A stretch of 50,769 nt of DNA. Origin: Armatimonadota bacterium. GTDB lineage: Bacteria; Armatimonadota; Zipacnadia; Zipacnadales; VGFC01. Both the position numbers and the translations under genes were made by a program. The notes below the pieces were generated by a model. That model did no database searches. It was not told the DNA's origin and was given only the letters and a program-made list of their open reading frames with translations. This document shows, one piece after another, positions 35,206 through 44,832 of this stretch. Location: contig VGFC01000005.1 in NCBI GenBank assembly GCA_016869045.1, positions 1-50,769 on the forward strand, in the 5' to 3' direction. Within the stretch, counting starts at the first letter, position 1; each line of letters starts with the position of its first letter.

Positions 35206-36135
35206 TCACGACATGTCGATCGCCACGTCGTCTGCCACGCCGCCCAGCAGCGTGTAGTCGGTGCGCACGGTCTGCAGGATGGAGCCGGGCACGTACTTGC
35301 TGACCGGGCCGTGGGCGACGAGCCGCGCGATGAAGCGCTGCCAGCACATGGTGGTCACCGGACCGCACATGCCGTCGAGCCAGAACGAGCGGTGCTTCGC
35401 GTTCACGATGTCGCGCGGGCCGATGCTGGCGGCCTTCGGCGGCACCCACGACCAGTCTCCCCCGAAGGAGTGCAGCGCATTCTGCATGATCGTCATCGGG
35501 TTCAGCTCGACGATGCGCGCCGGCGCTTGCACGTACTCCTCGAGCGTCGCAAACTCATCGCCCAGGTGGCTCTCCCAGAACGCGATGTGCCCGCACCAAC
35601 CGATCCCGCCGTAGCAGCAGTCCGCCTCCCCCGCCTCCGCGATCAGTTCCGAGTAGCGGCCGACGTTTTGAGTATCGGGGAAGTGGATGTTCTCGGGCAG
35701 CGGGCGCAGCTCCTCGTCGATCTTGAGGAAGAAGTTCTCCCGCATCGCCGTTGCGAAGGAGCCCTCCCAGTCCGGCGGAGCGGTGTTGCCGTTCTCGTCC
35801 GCATATTCATCCATGTTGAAGGTGACGAGGTGCTTGCAGGAGAGACGGAACTGGTTGATGAGCCGGGCGGCGATGGTGAACTGCGGCACCGGGCCCACCG
35901 GCAGAATCAGGACGCACTTGCGCCCCTCGGCCTGGGCAACCTGAATGCGGCCGATGATGTCGAGCGCGAACTCGAGGTAGAACTGCGCCGAGTCATCGAT
36001 CACGCGGATCCTGAAGTCCGGGTTCGCGTGCTTGCAAATGTCGGCGCGCTTGATCGCGCGAACGCGGGCACACGCGGCGGGATCCTGGAACGAGATGAAC
36101 TTCGCGAGCGCGGGTTGGAAAGCCACCGTCCTCAC
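35206..36135 (-). CDS. Glucosamine-6-phosphate deaminase/isomerase (NagB)-like protein
   Basis: ILPVGP; TFNMDEY; YGGIGWCGHIAFWE; PGSILQ. Divergent from canonical NagB. Confidence 0.8.
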   Translation of the reverse strand: MRTVAFQPALAKFISFQDPAACARVRAIKRADICKHANPDFRIRVIDDSAQFYLEFALDIIGRIQVAQAEGRKCVLILPVGPVPQFTIAARLINQFRLSCKHLVTFNMDEYADENGNTAPPDWEGSFATAMRENFFLKIDEELRPLPENIHFPDTQNVGRYSELIAEAGEADCCYGGIGWCGHIAFWESHLGDEFATLEEYVQAPARIVELNPMTIMQNALHSFGGDWSWVPPKAASIGPRDIVNAKHRSFWLDGMCGPVTTMCWQRFIARLVAHGPVSKYVPGSILQTVRTDYTLLGGVADDVAIDMS

Positions 36136-36169
36136 CCCCGAGGGATGTAGAGCGCCGTGTCGGATCGCC

Positions 36170-36197
36170 GTTCGCCAACCGCCGTCCGCCCACCTCC
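36170..36197 (-). promoter_or_regulatory. Putative sigma-H-like promoter GGAGGT-N17-CGAAC
   Basis: Same spacing as the other copies; upstream of the NagB-like gene. Confidence 0.45.
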
Positions 36198-36201
36198 CCC
36201 G

Positions 36202-38868
36202 TCAGGGCTGTGCCGGAGCCGGCGTCGGCGGCGCCGGCGGTTGGGCGGGCGTTTCGGTTCTCGGCTCAGGTTGCGGGCCTAGCTGCCAGGCCGGATTGCT
36301 CATGTCGGCCTTGGGCAGATCCAGCGGCCGGAAGTTCTCATCGCTCAGCGGGTCGGTCGTCATGCGGCCGCTCTGGGCCTTCGTGAGCGCATCGACCTGG
36401 GCATCGTCCAGGATGATGTGCGGCGTGAGGAAGACGAGCAGCTCGCTGCGGGAGTTCTCCCGCTTCTTGTCCTCGAAGAGCTTGCCGATGATCGGGATCT
36501 TGCGCAGGATCGGCACGCCCTGGATCGTCACGGACTTCTGCTCGGCGATGATGCCGCCGATGATGACCGTCTGGCCGTCGCGGACCTCCACCGTGGTGTT
36601 CGCCTCGCGCTTGGCGATCCGCGGCGCCAGCAGCTTCTCGTCGAAGCTGATGAGCGCATCGACTGTCTGCTGCACCTCCAGGCTGATCCGCTCACGCTGG
36701 TTGATGTGAGGCGTCACCGCCAGGGTGTTGCTCACGTCGATGAAGGCGACGGTCTGCTGGATGCTGCCCCCGGTTGTCTCGCGCGTGCTCTCCTGGTAGG
36801 GGATCGACTCGCCGATGGAGATCGTCGCCGGCGTGTTGTCGGAGGCGATGATGTTCGGGCTGCTGAGGATCTCGACATCGGAGCGCGTCTCCAGCGTGCG
36901 CATGAAGGCCTGCAAGCTGTCGGAGATCAGGCTGTAACTCAAGCCGGTGGCGGCGGTCTTGAGGCCCTCCCACGCGGTGCCGGCGGTGCCCGAGGCGCTG
37001 GAATGGCCGAGCAGGTTCCGGTCGATCAGGCTCCACTCGATGCCCAGGCGGTCCGTGTCGCCCAGCGTCACGTCGGCGATCAGCACCTCAATGTAGACTT
37101 GCGGCACGCGCCGGTCGAGCTGCTTGATGAGCTGCTCCAGCGTGGTGAAGGTCTCCGGCGGGCCGGTCAACAGGATCGTGTTGGTCGGAGCATCGGCGAC
37201 GACGTTGACGTTGCGCAGCTGGTCGAGAGGCGCCTGACCCCCGGTGCTCTGCCGGCTCCCCATCAGCAGGAACGAGAAGAAGCCCCCGCCTCTCATGCTG
37301 CCCTGGATGAGGTTGCTGACGGTGGTCGCCACTTCGTCGGCCATCGCGTTCTCCAGCGGGATGGCCCGCACGACCGTCTCCACCTCGGCCGACACGTCCA
37401 GCTGGGTGACAAGCTCCAGGATCTGCGTGAGGTTGTCCTTGTCGGCCGTGATGATCAGGCTCCTGGTGCGCAGGTCCGGCACCACGCGGTTGGCGGCCAG
37501 CCCCGTCTGCTGCTCGCCGCCCCGACCGAAGGAGGAGAAGAAGGGGCTGAACATGCGCCCGAAGATTCCGCCGCTGCGGCGCGAGAACTGGTCGGTCTGC
37601 TCGTAGAGCGAGTTGATCTGGTCGGAGAGGGTCTGCGGATCGGCGTACTTCAGCGGCACGATCTTCGCCTCGATCTCCGGCTGCATGTTGACATCGACTT
37701 TCTTGACGATGTCCTTGATGCTCTTCATGTTGTCGGCGGACGCAGCGACAAACAGCGAGTTCGTGCGCTTCTCCGCGACGATCTTCACCTGACCCTTCAC
37801 GTCCATCAGGCCGCCGCCGGTAGGTCCGGGCGGGGCCCCGCCCGGGCCACCCGGGCCGCCGCCGCCCATCTGCTCCCGCATCCGACGCTGCATGTCGGCG
37901 GAGAGCCCGGCGAGGGGCGACTCCTTCTCGAAGAGCTGCGTCAGCTCCGTGGCCAGCTCCGTCGCGTCCGCGTACTGCAGAGCGATGACGTCGATCTCCT
38001 TGACCTCGGCGCGGTCCGTGTCCAGGGCCTTCACGATCTCCATCAGCCGGGCGACGTTCGCCTCGGTGGCGATGATGACGAGGGTGTTCGTGTCGGCGTT
38101 GGCGATGAGGGCGCCCTGGTCATCCGGGACGAGGGGCTTGAGGTCGTCCTTGAGCTTGCCGGCGTCGATGTTCTGGATCTGCAGGACCTGGGTGATGTAA
38201 CGGTCGGTGCGTTCGGCCCCGCCCTCTCCGACCCGAACGCTCATCGGCTCCTGCATGGCGCTCTTCTTGGGCACCACGCGGTAGATGCTGTCATCCTCGA
38301 TGAGGGAGTACCCCTTCACCGAGAGCAGCGCCGACAGAATCTTGAACGCATCGGCGACCGTGATCTTGGCGGTGCTGACGATGGTGATCTTCGCCTGCAC
38401 GGAGGGCTCGCGGACGATCGTCTTGCCGCTCTGCTCGGCCAGGAACTTCAGGACATGGTCGATGTCCGCCTGGTCGAAGTTCATCGAGATCAGCTTGTTG
38501 CCGTCCGGCTTCTCCGGGATGAAGACGGAGATCGGCCCGGTGGGGGTCTCGGGCTTCGTCTCCCCCGCGCCCGGCTGCGAGCCGCCGGGCGCCCCGGGTG
38601 TGCCGGGAGACGTCGGCGCTCCCGGAGTGCCCGGGGCCCCGGGCGGCGGCCCGCCACCCGGCGCGCCCTGCACGGAGACCGTGCCGGAGAAGGTGCCCGA
38701 ACCGGGTGGGCCGCCCGGCCCTCCGGGACCGAAGCGGCGGATCTCCACCTGCGGCGGCTGCCCGTAGACGAGGGCCGCTGCGAGGAGGGTCAGCAGGCCG
38801 ATCAGGCTCAGCAGACCTGCCGTCGCCATCAGGTAGGATTGCTGCCGATGAATGCGGTGCGGTCTCAT
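36202..38868 (-). CDS. gspD: Type II secretion secretin
   Basis: N0 (ISMNFDQADI); Secretin_N repeats; QVYIEVLIADV; ILSSP; VTPHI; GQTVIIGG; GVPILRKIPIIGKLF; ELLVFLTPHI. Start ATG 38868 follows GGAGGG. Confidence 0.93.
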   Translation of the reverse strand: MRPHRIHRQQSYLMATAGLLSLIGLLTLLAAALVYGQPPQVEIRRFGPGGPGGPPGSGTFSGTVSVQGAPGGGPPPGAPGTPGAPTSPGTPGAPGGSQPGAGETKPETPTGPISVFIPEKPDGNKLISMNFDQADIDHVLKFLAEQSGKTIVREPSVQAKITIVSTAKITVADAFKILSALLSVKGYSLIEDDSIYRVVPKKSAMQEPMSVRVGEGGAERTDRYITQVLQIQNIDAGKLKDDLKPLVPDDQGALIANADTNTLVIIATEANVARLMEIVKALDTDRAEVKEIDVIALQYADATELATELTQLFEKESPLAGLSADMQRRMREQMGGGGPGGPGGAPPGPTGGGLMDVKGQVKIVAEKRTNSLFVAASADNMKSIKDIVKKVDVNMQPEIEAKIVPLKYADPQTLSDQINSLYEQTDQFSRRSGGIFGRMFSPFFSSFGRGGEQQTGLAANRVVPDLRTRSLIITADKDNLTQILELVTQLDVSAEVETVVRAIPLENAMADEVATTVSNLIQGSMRGGGFFSFLLMGSRQSTGGQAPLDQLRNVNVVADAPTNTILLTGPPETFTTLEQLIKQLDRRVPQVYIEVLIADVTLGDTDRLGIEWSLIDRNLLGHSSASGTAGTAWEGLKTAATGLSYSLISDSLQAFMRTLETRSDVEILSSPNIIASDNTPATISIGESIPYQESTRETTGGSIQQTVAFIDVSNTLAVTPHINQRERISLEVQQTVDALISFDEKLLAPRIAKREANTTVEVRDGQTVIIGGIIAEQKSVTIQGVPILRKIPIIGKLFEDKKRENSRSELLVFLTPHIILDDAQVDALTKAQSGRMTTDPLSDENFRPLDLPKADMSNPAWQLGPQPEPRTETPAQPPAPPTPAPAQP

Positions 38869-38923
38869 GCGTCTACCCTCCCACCACGGCATGGGCCGTG
38901 GGTGCTCAGATCATCGGGAACGG

Positions 38924-39766
38924 CTACTGCCCTCGCTCGCGTCGCCGGCGCGATTCCAGGTACTCCTGCGCCCGCGCCCGGTCCTCCGGCGACAGGTACG
39001 CCCCGTACTGCGCATACATGCCCTCCAGCTCCGCCAGTGGCCGGCCCTCCGCCCAGGCGAGCATGTCCCCCGAGAATGCGCCGCCCATCTCCCCGCCACG
39101 CCCCCCACCACCCGGTCTGTCCGACCCGCCGGGCGAGGCCCCCGAGGCAACCGTCGGCCCCGTGGCCGCCGCCCCGCCCGCGGGAGCCGCGGCAGCCTGG
39201 TCGGGCAGCTGCTTGCTGCCCATCAGGAGCGTGAACTGCTTCCCGCCGCGGTCGAGCACTGCCGAGTTCTCGCCGATCAGGACGACACGGAAGCCCTCGA
39301 ACTCCTCGTGCAGCGCGACGTACCGGCCCGTCCGCGTCGAGAGCTTCTCGATGAGCACCTGCAGCCGACCGCCGACCTGAACCACGCCAGTCAGCGCTAG
39401 GTCGGCCAGCGGATCGGCCGGCTTGGGCGGGCCTCCCGTCGGTCCCGGCCCGCTCGGTCCCGGGTTCGGCTTCTGTGCCCCGGCCTTCGGCGTCCCTTCC
39501 CCCGAGCCACCTTCGGCCGCCTTGGGTGCACGGACCAGCGGGCGGAAGAGGTCACGCTGCGCGACGCGGGCGTAGTCGGCGGAGGACTCCGCCGCGCTCG
39601 CCTCCTCGGGAGCCGGGGCGGCGTCCGCCTGCACAGGAGGGGCGACCGCGTCGGCCCGAGTTCTCGGCCGCGAATTGCTCTTGACGCGGTGCAGCAGTTC
39701 GGCCGCCGCGAGAGCGCAGATGACCAGGATGCCGACTGCCGCAAAGACCTTGACCGAAGTCCTCAT
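38924..39766 (-). CDS. GspC/PilP-like bitopic protein
   Basis: N-terminal TM; RDLFRPL; LALTGVV...VLIE...EEFEGFRVVLI beta domain. Sits just before the secretin. Confidence 0.6.
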   Translation of the reverse strand: MRTSVKVFAAVGILVICALAAAELLHRVKSNSRPRTRADAVAPPVQADAAPAPEEASAAESSADYARVAQRDLFRPLVRAPKAAEGGSGEGTPKAGAQKPNPGPSGPGPTGGPPKPADPLADLALTGVVQVGGRLQVLIEKLSTRTGRYVALHEEFEGFRVVLIGENSAVLDRGGKQFTLLMGSKQLPDQAAAAPAGGAAATGPTVASGASPGGSDRPGGGGRGGEMGGAFSGDMLAWAEGRPLAELEGMYAQYGAYLSPEDRARAQEYLESRRRRERGQ

Positions 39767-40362
39767 CCCGCCGCCGTTCCGGGGAGCCGGGCAGTCGCCT
39801 CCGACTCCGCCGCGTTGTCCGCAGACTGAATGGCGTACGTGAAGAGCAGCAACTCGACCGACAGGTCCTGCGTCTTCGCATCCTCGCCGGGCGGCACGAT
39901 ATGCAGCCGCCGGACCATGATGGCGGGCCGGAGGTTGCGGAGGTCATACAGGAACTCCACGAGCTGCGGCAGGCTGCACTGGGCCGCGACGCTCAGCGAG
40001 TAGACGGCGTAGCTCTCCTCGATCTTAGGCGGCAGGGGCTCGTAGCGCGTGATCTTCGCGCCGCACTCCTGACCGAGGCCCTGCACGTCGTTGATGAGGA
40101 CCGGCACCACTCGTTGCGAGGCGGCCAGGTCGGGCGTCTCGTGCACCATGCGCGCGACCCGCCGGCGCTCCTGTGCGTAGCTGTCCCGCTCACCGGCGAT
40201 GCGCTGGAGCTTGGCCAAGTCGTCGCGGTCGGCCTGCAGGCTCGCGCGCGCCTTCATCCAGCGCTGCTGCATGGGAGACAGGACGAACGACCACGCCACG
40301 ATCCCCACGGCGATCAGGAAGCCTGCGGCCAGCACCCGCTTGTCGCGTCTGGTGAGTTTCAT
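39763..40362 (-). CDS. GspM/PilO-like inner-membrane platform protein
   Basis: LTRRDKRVL + TM + coiled coil; QCSLPQLVEFLYDL ferredoxin-like domain. Confidence 0.8.
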   Translation of the reverse strand: MKLTRRDKRVLAAGFLIAVGIVAWSFVLSPMQQRWMKARASLQADRDDLAKLQRIAGERDSYAQERRRVARMVHETPDLAASQRVVPVLINDVQGLGQECGAKITRYEPLPPKIEESYAVYSLSVAAQCSLPQLVEFLYDLRNLRPAIMVRRLHIVPPGEDAKTQDLSVELLLFTYAIQSADNAAESEATARLPGTAAG

Positions 40363-41960
40363 GGGCCTGAGCGGCGGGTCGATCCCGCGCCTTTCGCCTC
40401 GCTTTCGGTGGTCTCCGGCTGCGGGAAGTCGGCCGTGATGTCGAACTCGTACACCTGCCGGTCGCCGATCGTGACGATGCTGATGCTGGTCAGCTTAACC
40501 TGCTCCAGGTAGGGCTTGCGACTGAGCGCACGGACCGCCTCTGTGACGGCCGTGGAGTCTAGCGCGTTGCCATGGATGCTGACCCCTCGTTCCCGGTCGT
40601 AGAGGAAGTCCTTCAGCCACAGTCCTCCGGGGAACGAGTCGGACAGGTCGCGCAGCACGTCCAGCGGCCGGGCCTCGCCGCGCTCCATGTCCGCCAGCAC
40701 ATCGTTCACATCCTGGACCGCCGCTGCCGCCGCGAGGGCGGTATCCACGTCCCCCACTTCCGCTCGCAGGCGCGAGACCTGACCGCGGACCTGCCGGGCA
40801 TCGCTCTCGATTCGTTGCAGGCGGCTGTTGGCGTACGCGTAGGCCGCCCCAATCACCAGCACGAGCGCCGCCAGCGCCGCGACCCAGGCCGTCTTCTCCT
40901 GACGACGGCGCCGGTCGGCGCGCTCGGCGCGCGGTGAAAGGTCGATCGCGACCGGGCTTCTGCCGGCCGACCTCAGCGCCAGGCCGTACGCCAGCGTGAA
41001 CCAGTGACCGGGCGCAGGGAGGTCGGTGGCCGCGGCGGGCAGCGGATCGAAGATGTCGATGGGCTGCCCGATCGCCCACTCCAGCGCCTCGGAGAGGCCC
41101 GGGGTCTCGGCGCCCTCGCCCGTGATCGCCACCGTGCAGCGGCCCGCGCCCCCCCGCTGGCTGCGGAACGATTCCAGCGTCCGCCGAATCTCCTGAGCCA
41201 GGCGCGTCAGCCACGCGGCCGCCGCCTCGCGGTCGGGCGCCTCGCCGGGGGCGCTCACCGCAGGCGGGCCGGCCTCCAGGCCTTTGACGCCGTCCGTGCG
41301 CCGAATGCCCTCGGCCTCAGCGGGACTGATCTTCAGGTCGTCTACGAGGGCTGCCCGCAGGGCATCGACCCCAGCCGGGGCGGAGCGTGCGACGACAAGG
41401 CTGCCGGACTCGCACACGACGATCGAGGTGTGCTCGCCCGAGAGGTCCACCACCAGGGCCGCCTCGCCTCCCTCACCGTGGGCCTGCTGCCAGGCGGCCA
41501 GCAGCGCCGTGCCGGCCGTGTCCAGCACCGTGGGCGCCCCAGTGGCCTCGGACAGGGCGTGGGCTGCTTGGGTCGCGTCGTCCTTGCGGACCGCCGCGAT
41601 GACGACCTCCAGCCGATCGGCCGCGCGGTCGTGGCGGATCTGATAGTCGAGTTCCACCGCCTCCAGCGGCAGCGGGATGTACCGCTCCGCCTCGAAACGC
41701 ACCATTCGGTCCACGTTCTGCGGACTGGTAGGTGGCAGCGTCATCCGCCGGACGGTGGCCCGGTCCAGGCCGAAGGCCGTCGTTACCACCCCCGGCCGCA
41801 CGTGCAGGTCGTGCAGCGAATCGCGCAGCGAATTGGCCAGCGACCCGGACAGTCGCGTCTCGTGAGCGGCTACCGGACGCAGCGAGGTCGGATCCAGCGC
41901 GATGGCGCGGACCGTCGTCTCGGTAACCGAGATCCCTACAGCGGGCTCAGTGCGTGCCAC
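40359..41960 (-). CDS. GspL-like PilM-PilN fusion
   Basis: FEAERYIP; LVVDLSG; EIRRTLE; ITGEGA; AYGLAL; IDLSP; TM; coiled coil; GLWL...IHGNA. Confidence 0.85.
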   Translation of the reverse strand: MARTEPAVGISVTETTVRAIALDPTSLRPVAAHETRLSGSLANSLRDSLHDLHVRPGVVTTAFGLDRATVRRMTLPPTSPQNVDRMVRFEAERYIPLPLEAVELDYQIRHDRAADRLEVVIAAVRKDDATQAAHALSEATGAPTVLDTAGTALLAAWQQAHGEGGEAALVVDLSGEHTSIVVCESGSLVVARSAPAGVDALRAALVDDLKISPAEAEGIRRTDGVKGLEAGPPAVSAPGEAPDREAAAAWLTRLAQEIRRTLESFRSQRGGAGRCTVAITGEGAETPGLSEALEWAIGQPIDIFDPLPAAATDLPAPGHWFTLAYGLALRSAGRSPVAIDLSPRAERADRRRRQEKTAWVAALAALVLVIGAAYAYANSRLQRIESDARQVRGQVSRLRAEVGDVDTALAAAAAVQDVNDVLADMERGEARPLDVLRDLSDSFPGGLWLKDFLYDRERGVSIHGNALDSTAVTEAVRALSRKPYLEQVKLTSISIVTIGDRQVYEFDITADFPQPETTESEAKGAGSTRRSGP

Positions 41961-41986
41961 GAAGACCCCCTTGCGGAAGGTCGCAT

Positions 41987-42064
41987 GTCTCGGGTCTCAG
42001 GTCGACGGCAATGTCGCGGCGCGCTGCCGTCGACTTGAGACCTGAGACCTCAAACACGAGACCT
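41987..42064. repeat. Inverted GTCTCAG/CTGAGAC heptamer repeats around a hairpin
   Basis: GTCTCGG GTCTCAG GTCGACGGCA ... TGCCGTCGAC TTGAGAC CTGAGAC CTCAAAC ACGAGAC. Confidence 0.75.
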
Positions 42065-43586
42065 AGCCTTCGGCCAAGTACACAATCCTCGGCTCGGACT
42101 CCTTCAGGTCCACGAGGGCCGTCACGCGCACGCGGACGCGGCCCTCCTCCACCGACCCGATGGACGTGATCTTCAGCGTGCTGCTGCGAACCGTCACCTT
42201 CTCCGCGATCTGGGCGAACAGGGCGTCCGTCATCTCCGTTAGCGCCAGGAGCTCGCCTCGCGTGGTGAAGGGCTGCTCGGCCCGGTACTTGAGAATGGCG
42301 TTGAGCGCCTGCTCGGTCATGCCGTCGAGGGTGGCCAACACCTCAGGCGGCGCCGTGTTGAGGTTGAAGACGTTCGGCCGGAACGTGCCCGCCTCGGGCA
42401 GGACCGAGGTGTCGATGTCCGGCACGTTGCTCGCCGGTGGAGTCGGCTGAGGCTGTCCGCCTGGTTCACCGGAGCCCGGCGATGGGAACCCGGGCTGCCC
42501 TCCCGGCCCACCCGGTCCACCGGGCCCGCCGGGACCTCCCGGCCCGCCAGGTCCGCCCGGAGCCTGCTGTGCGCCCTCGGCCCCGGGGCCTGTCGGCATT
42601 GGCTGCCCGGTCTCGCCGGGGAGGTTCGGCAGGGTCGGCTGTCCCGGTGTCGGTTGCGCCCCCGCCCCCGCAGGTTGCTGGCCGGTCTCCGAGGGCTTCG
42701 AGACCGTCGTCAGCAGGTCCGCCACCTGCTGCATCTTCTCCCGCGAGACCCCCTCCACTCTCATCAGGTCCCCGATGCTGTCGAAGGCGCCCATCGCGCC
42801 GCGATAGTCCACGACGGCCTGCACATCGCCCTCGGTGAGGATGCCGTCCGTGCGCTCCGCCAGGGCCTGTGCGTCGGCCAGGTTGATGTTCAGCCGCTCC
42901 TGCCCTTGTGCATCCGTGTCGCTGGCGCCCCCGTAGACCGTGAACAGGTCCTGCAGCGGCGGGGACGCGTCCTGGGTCGCCGTCTGCTCGGCCGCCGTTT
43001 CGACCCGCGCCGGCCCGGCAACGCTCGACCCGAAGAAGGCCTCCTTCGTGATTCCCTTCACGAGCAGCAGTTCAGGGAGCGTCAGGAAGTCCCGGTTCGC
43101 GCACACGCGGGGTGGCTGCAATCGGCTGTAGTAGTCGATCTCGGCGCCGTCCGGCCGCGGATCGTCATCGGCGTCCCGCCAGTCGAGAATCGAGTCGATC
43201 ATCTCCGGCGATAGCTCCGGGAGCTTCGCGAGGAGTTGCTGGTCGGCCGCGTTGAGGTTGATCTTCCCGGACTCGTCCGTGACCGTCACCTCGTACTCCT
43301 CGTCGTCCGGGAAGGGCAGCTCCTCGTCCTGCGAGTTGATCTGCGCCCACTCCGATAGCGGCGAAGCGTACCCCGTCTGGTCCTGGCCGATCGCCAGCAT
43401 CGTCCGCTGGATGCCGGCCTTCGCCGCGTACAGGGCCCTGGTGCGCTGCAGCTCGTTGGCGGCGGCGCGTGCCTCCACATGCATCGTGGCGGCGAAGGTG
43501 ATCGCCAGAACCGTCAGGATCGTCAGCACCCAGAGAGTGACGATCAGCACGATGCCCCGTCGGCGATCCCGTCGGCCCCGGATCAT
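42063..43586 (-). CDS. gspK: Minor pseudopilin GspK with helix-hairpin-helix repeats and a Gly/Pro insert
   Basis: RRG-IVLIVTLW (no Glu5); A.YAAKAGI; DESGKINLNAA; ILDWRDADD; ELLLVKGI. Confidence 0.88.
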   Translation of the reverse strand: MIRGRRDRRRGIVLIVTLWVLTILTVLAITFAATMHVEARAAANELQRTRALYAAKAGIQRTMLAIGQDQTGYASPLSEWAQINSQDEELPFPDDEEYEVTVTDESGKINLNAADQQLLAKLPELSPEMIDSILDWRDADDDPRPDGAEIDYYSRLQPPRVCANRDFLTLPELLLVKGITKEAFFGSSVAGPARVETAAEQTATQDASPPLQDLFTVYGGASDTDAQGQERLNINLADAQALAERTDGILTEGDVQAVVDYRGAMGAFDSIGDLMRVEGVSREKMQQVADLLTTVSKPSETGQQPAGAGAQPTPGQPTLPNLPGETGQPMPTGPGAEGAQQAPGGPGGPGGPGGPGGPGGPGGQPGFPSPGSGEPGGQPQPTPPASNVPDIDTSVLPEAGTFRPNVFNLNTAPPEVLATLDGMTEQALNAILKYRAEQPFTTRGELLALTEMTDALFAQIAEKVTVRSSTLKITSIGSVEEGRVRVRVTALVDLKESEPRIVYLAEG

Positions 43587-44413
43587 GGCTGGCCTGCACC
43601 TCCGGGAGTCGGCAGTCCCGGCAACCCGCCGGGTAGGCCGGGTATTGTCGGCGATGCTCCGGCGCCTCCCGGTAGGCCCCCGGCGCCCGGCACGTTGGCG
43701 GCGCCTCCGCTCTGACCGGTAGACGGCTGGCCGGTGCCCAACGTCGTGCCCGCCAGCGGCAGCTGGACGACTGTCGAGAACGGGATCACGTCATCGGGCG
43801 TCGGCTCGACGTCCTTGTCCAGCGGCTCGGGGAGCACGTACAGCGAGATGCGCACGGCGGTTGGCACGTCCGTCCGCTCCTGCCACTCCTCGACCCAGTC
43901 CTGTTGCGTTGGGTCGTAGTACTCGAAGTTCAGGCCGACGGCCCACGGGCAGTACGTTCGCGCCGAGAGTTCAGCCTCGGTCGGCGAGATCTCCTCGGGC
44001 AGCGGCAAGCGCAAGGCCGACCGCACCAGCCCCGTCGGCTCCGTCTCCTCATCCAGGTCCAAGTAGTACTGCATCCGCAGCAGGTCCCCTGTGGGGAGCA
44101 GCGACGACATCGGGTCTCCCGACGCGGAGGTGAACTCAATCGAGTCCGTCGGCAAGCCCTCTTCGCCTTCGTTGGTGCCGATGAACATGAACTGCTCGTC
44201 GTTGGAGCGCGTCACCGTGAGCTGGAGGTCGCGGTGCATCTGGTTCAGCGATACGCGCACACACTGCAGCAGGTCGGCGCGGCGCTCGCCGAGGGTCTGC
44301 GTGTCGTTCGCGCTCTTGAGGACCGCCAGGACCGCCCCGATGACCATCGAGCCGATCGTCAGCGCCATGATCAGCTCGATCAGCGTCATCCCGCGACGGG
44401 GGGAGGGCGTCAT
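43583..44413 (-). CDS. gspJ: Minor pseudopilin GspJ-like
   Basis: RRG-MTLIEL; QMHRDL; FEYYD....W.EEW....PTAVRI; gene order. Confidence 0.8.
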   Translation of the reverse strand: MTPSPRRGMTLIELIMALTIGSMVIGAVLAVLKSANDTQTLGERRADLLQCVRVSLNQMHRDLQLTVTRSNDEQFMFIGTNEGEEGLPTDSIEFTSASGDPMSSLLPTGDLLRMQYYLDLDEETEPTGLVRSALRLPLPEEISPTEAELSARTYCPWAVGLNFEYYDPTQQDWVEEWQERTDVPTAVRISLYVLPEPLDKDVEPTPDDVIPFSTVVQLPLAGTTLGTGQPSTGQSGGAANVPGAGGLPGGAGASPTIPGLPGGLPGLPTPGGAGQP

Positions 44414-44832
44414 GGGGCCTGCCCTCCTGTCGCGGCGGCGCCGCCGGCTTCCTCCTCCGGCTCGTTCAGCGGGGCGGCGCTGACGAGGGTCAGCTCGTCG
44501 TCTCTTCCCGCCACGCTCCAGTTCACCGTCACCGTGATGGTCTCCAGCCCCTCGATGTCACTGTCGGCGATGTCCACGGTCCACGTGAAGGCTTCGAACT
44601 CCTCGCCGAAGTCTCCGTCGTCGGACCCAGGGGTGATGTACGTCTCCTTGAGGACCTCCTCCATCTTCCCCGAGGCGAGCATGGTTGCCGTCGAGAAGTA
44701 CTCGTCCTGCAGGCTCAAGCGCATGGCGGCGCCATACGCCTCGATGACGGCCACCAGCCCGATGGACATGATCGCCACCGAGACGATGGCCTCGAGGAGC
44801 GTGAACCCGCCGCGCTCAGTCTTCCGGCGCAA
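44410..44832 (-). CDS. gspI: Minor pseudopilin GspI-like
   Basis: TTG start at 44832 after GGAGGAGG; RGG-FTLLEAIVSVAI; LASGKMEE; ITVTVNW. Confidence 0.8.
   Translation of the reverse strand: MRRKTERGGFTLLEAIVSVAIMSIGLVAVIEAYGAAMRLSLQDEYFSTATMLASGKMEEVLKETYITPGSDDGDFGEEFEAFTWTVDIADSDIEGLETITVTVNWSVAGRDDELTLVSAAPLNEPEEEAGGAAATGGQAP

Noticed and set aside
36418-39234. 938-aa plus-strand ORF and other long shadow ORFs (54-1475, 16483-17883, 22991-24649, 47452-49101)
   Set aside because: Antisense to genes with clear motifs. Stop-poor shadow frames are expected at high GC.
42498-42560. Collagen-like domain in GspK
   Set aside because: Only about 5-6 GGP triplets; better read as a flexible linker.
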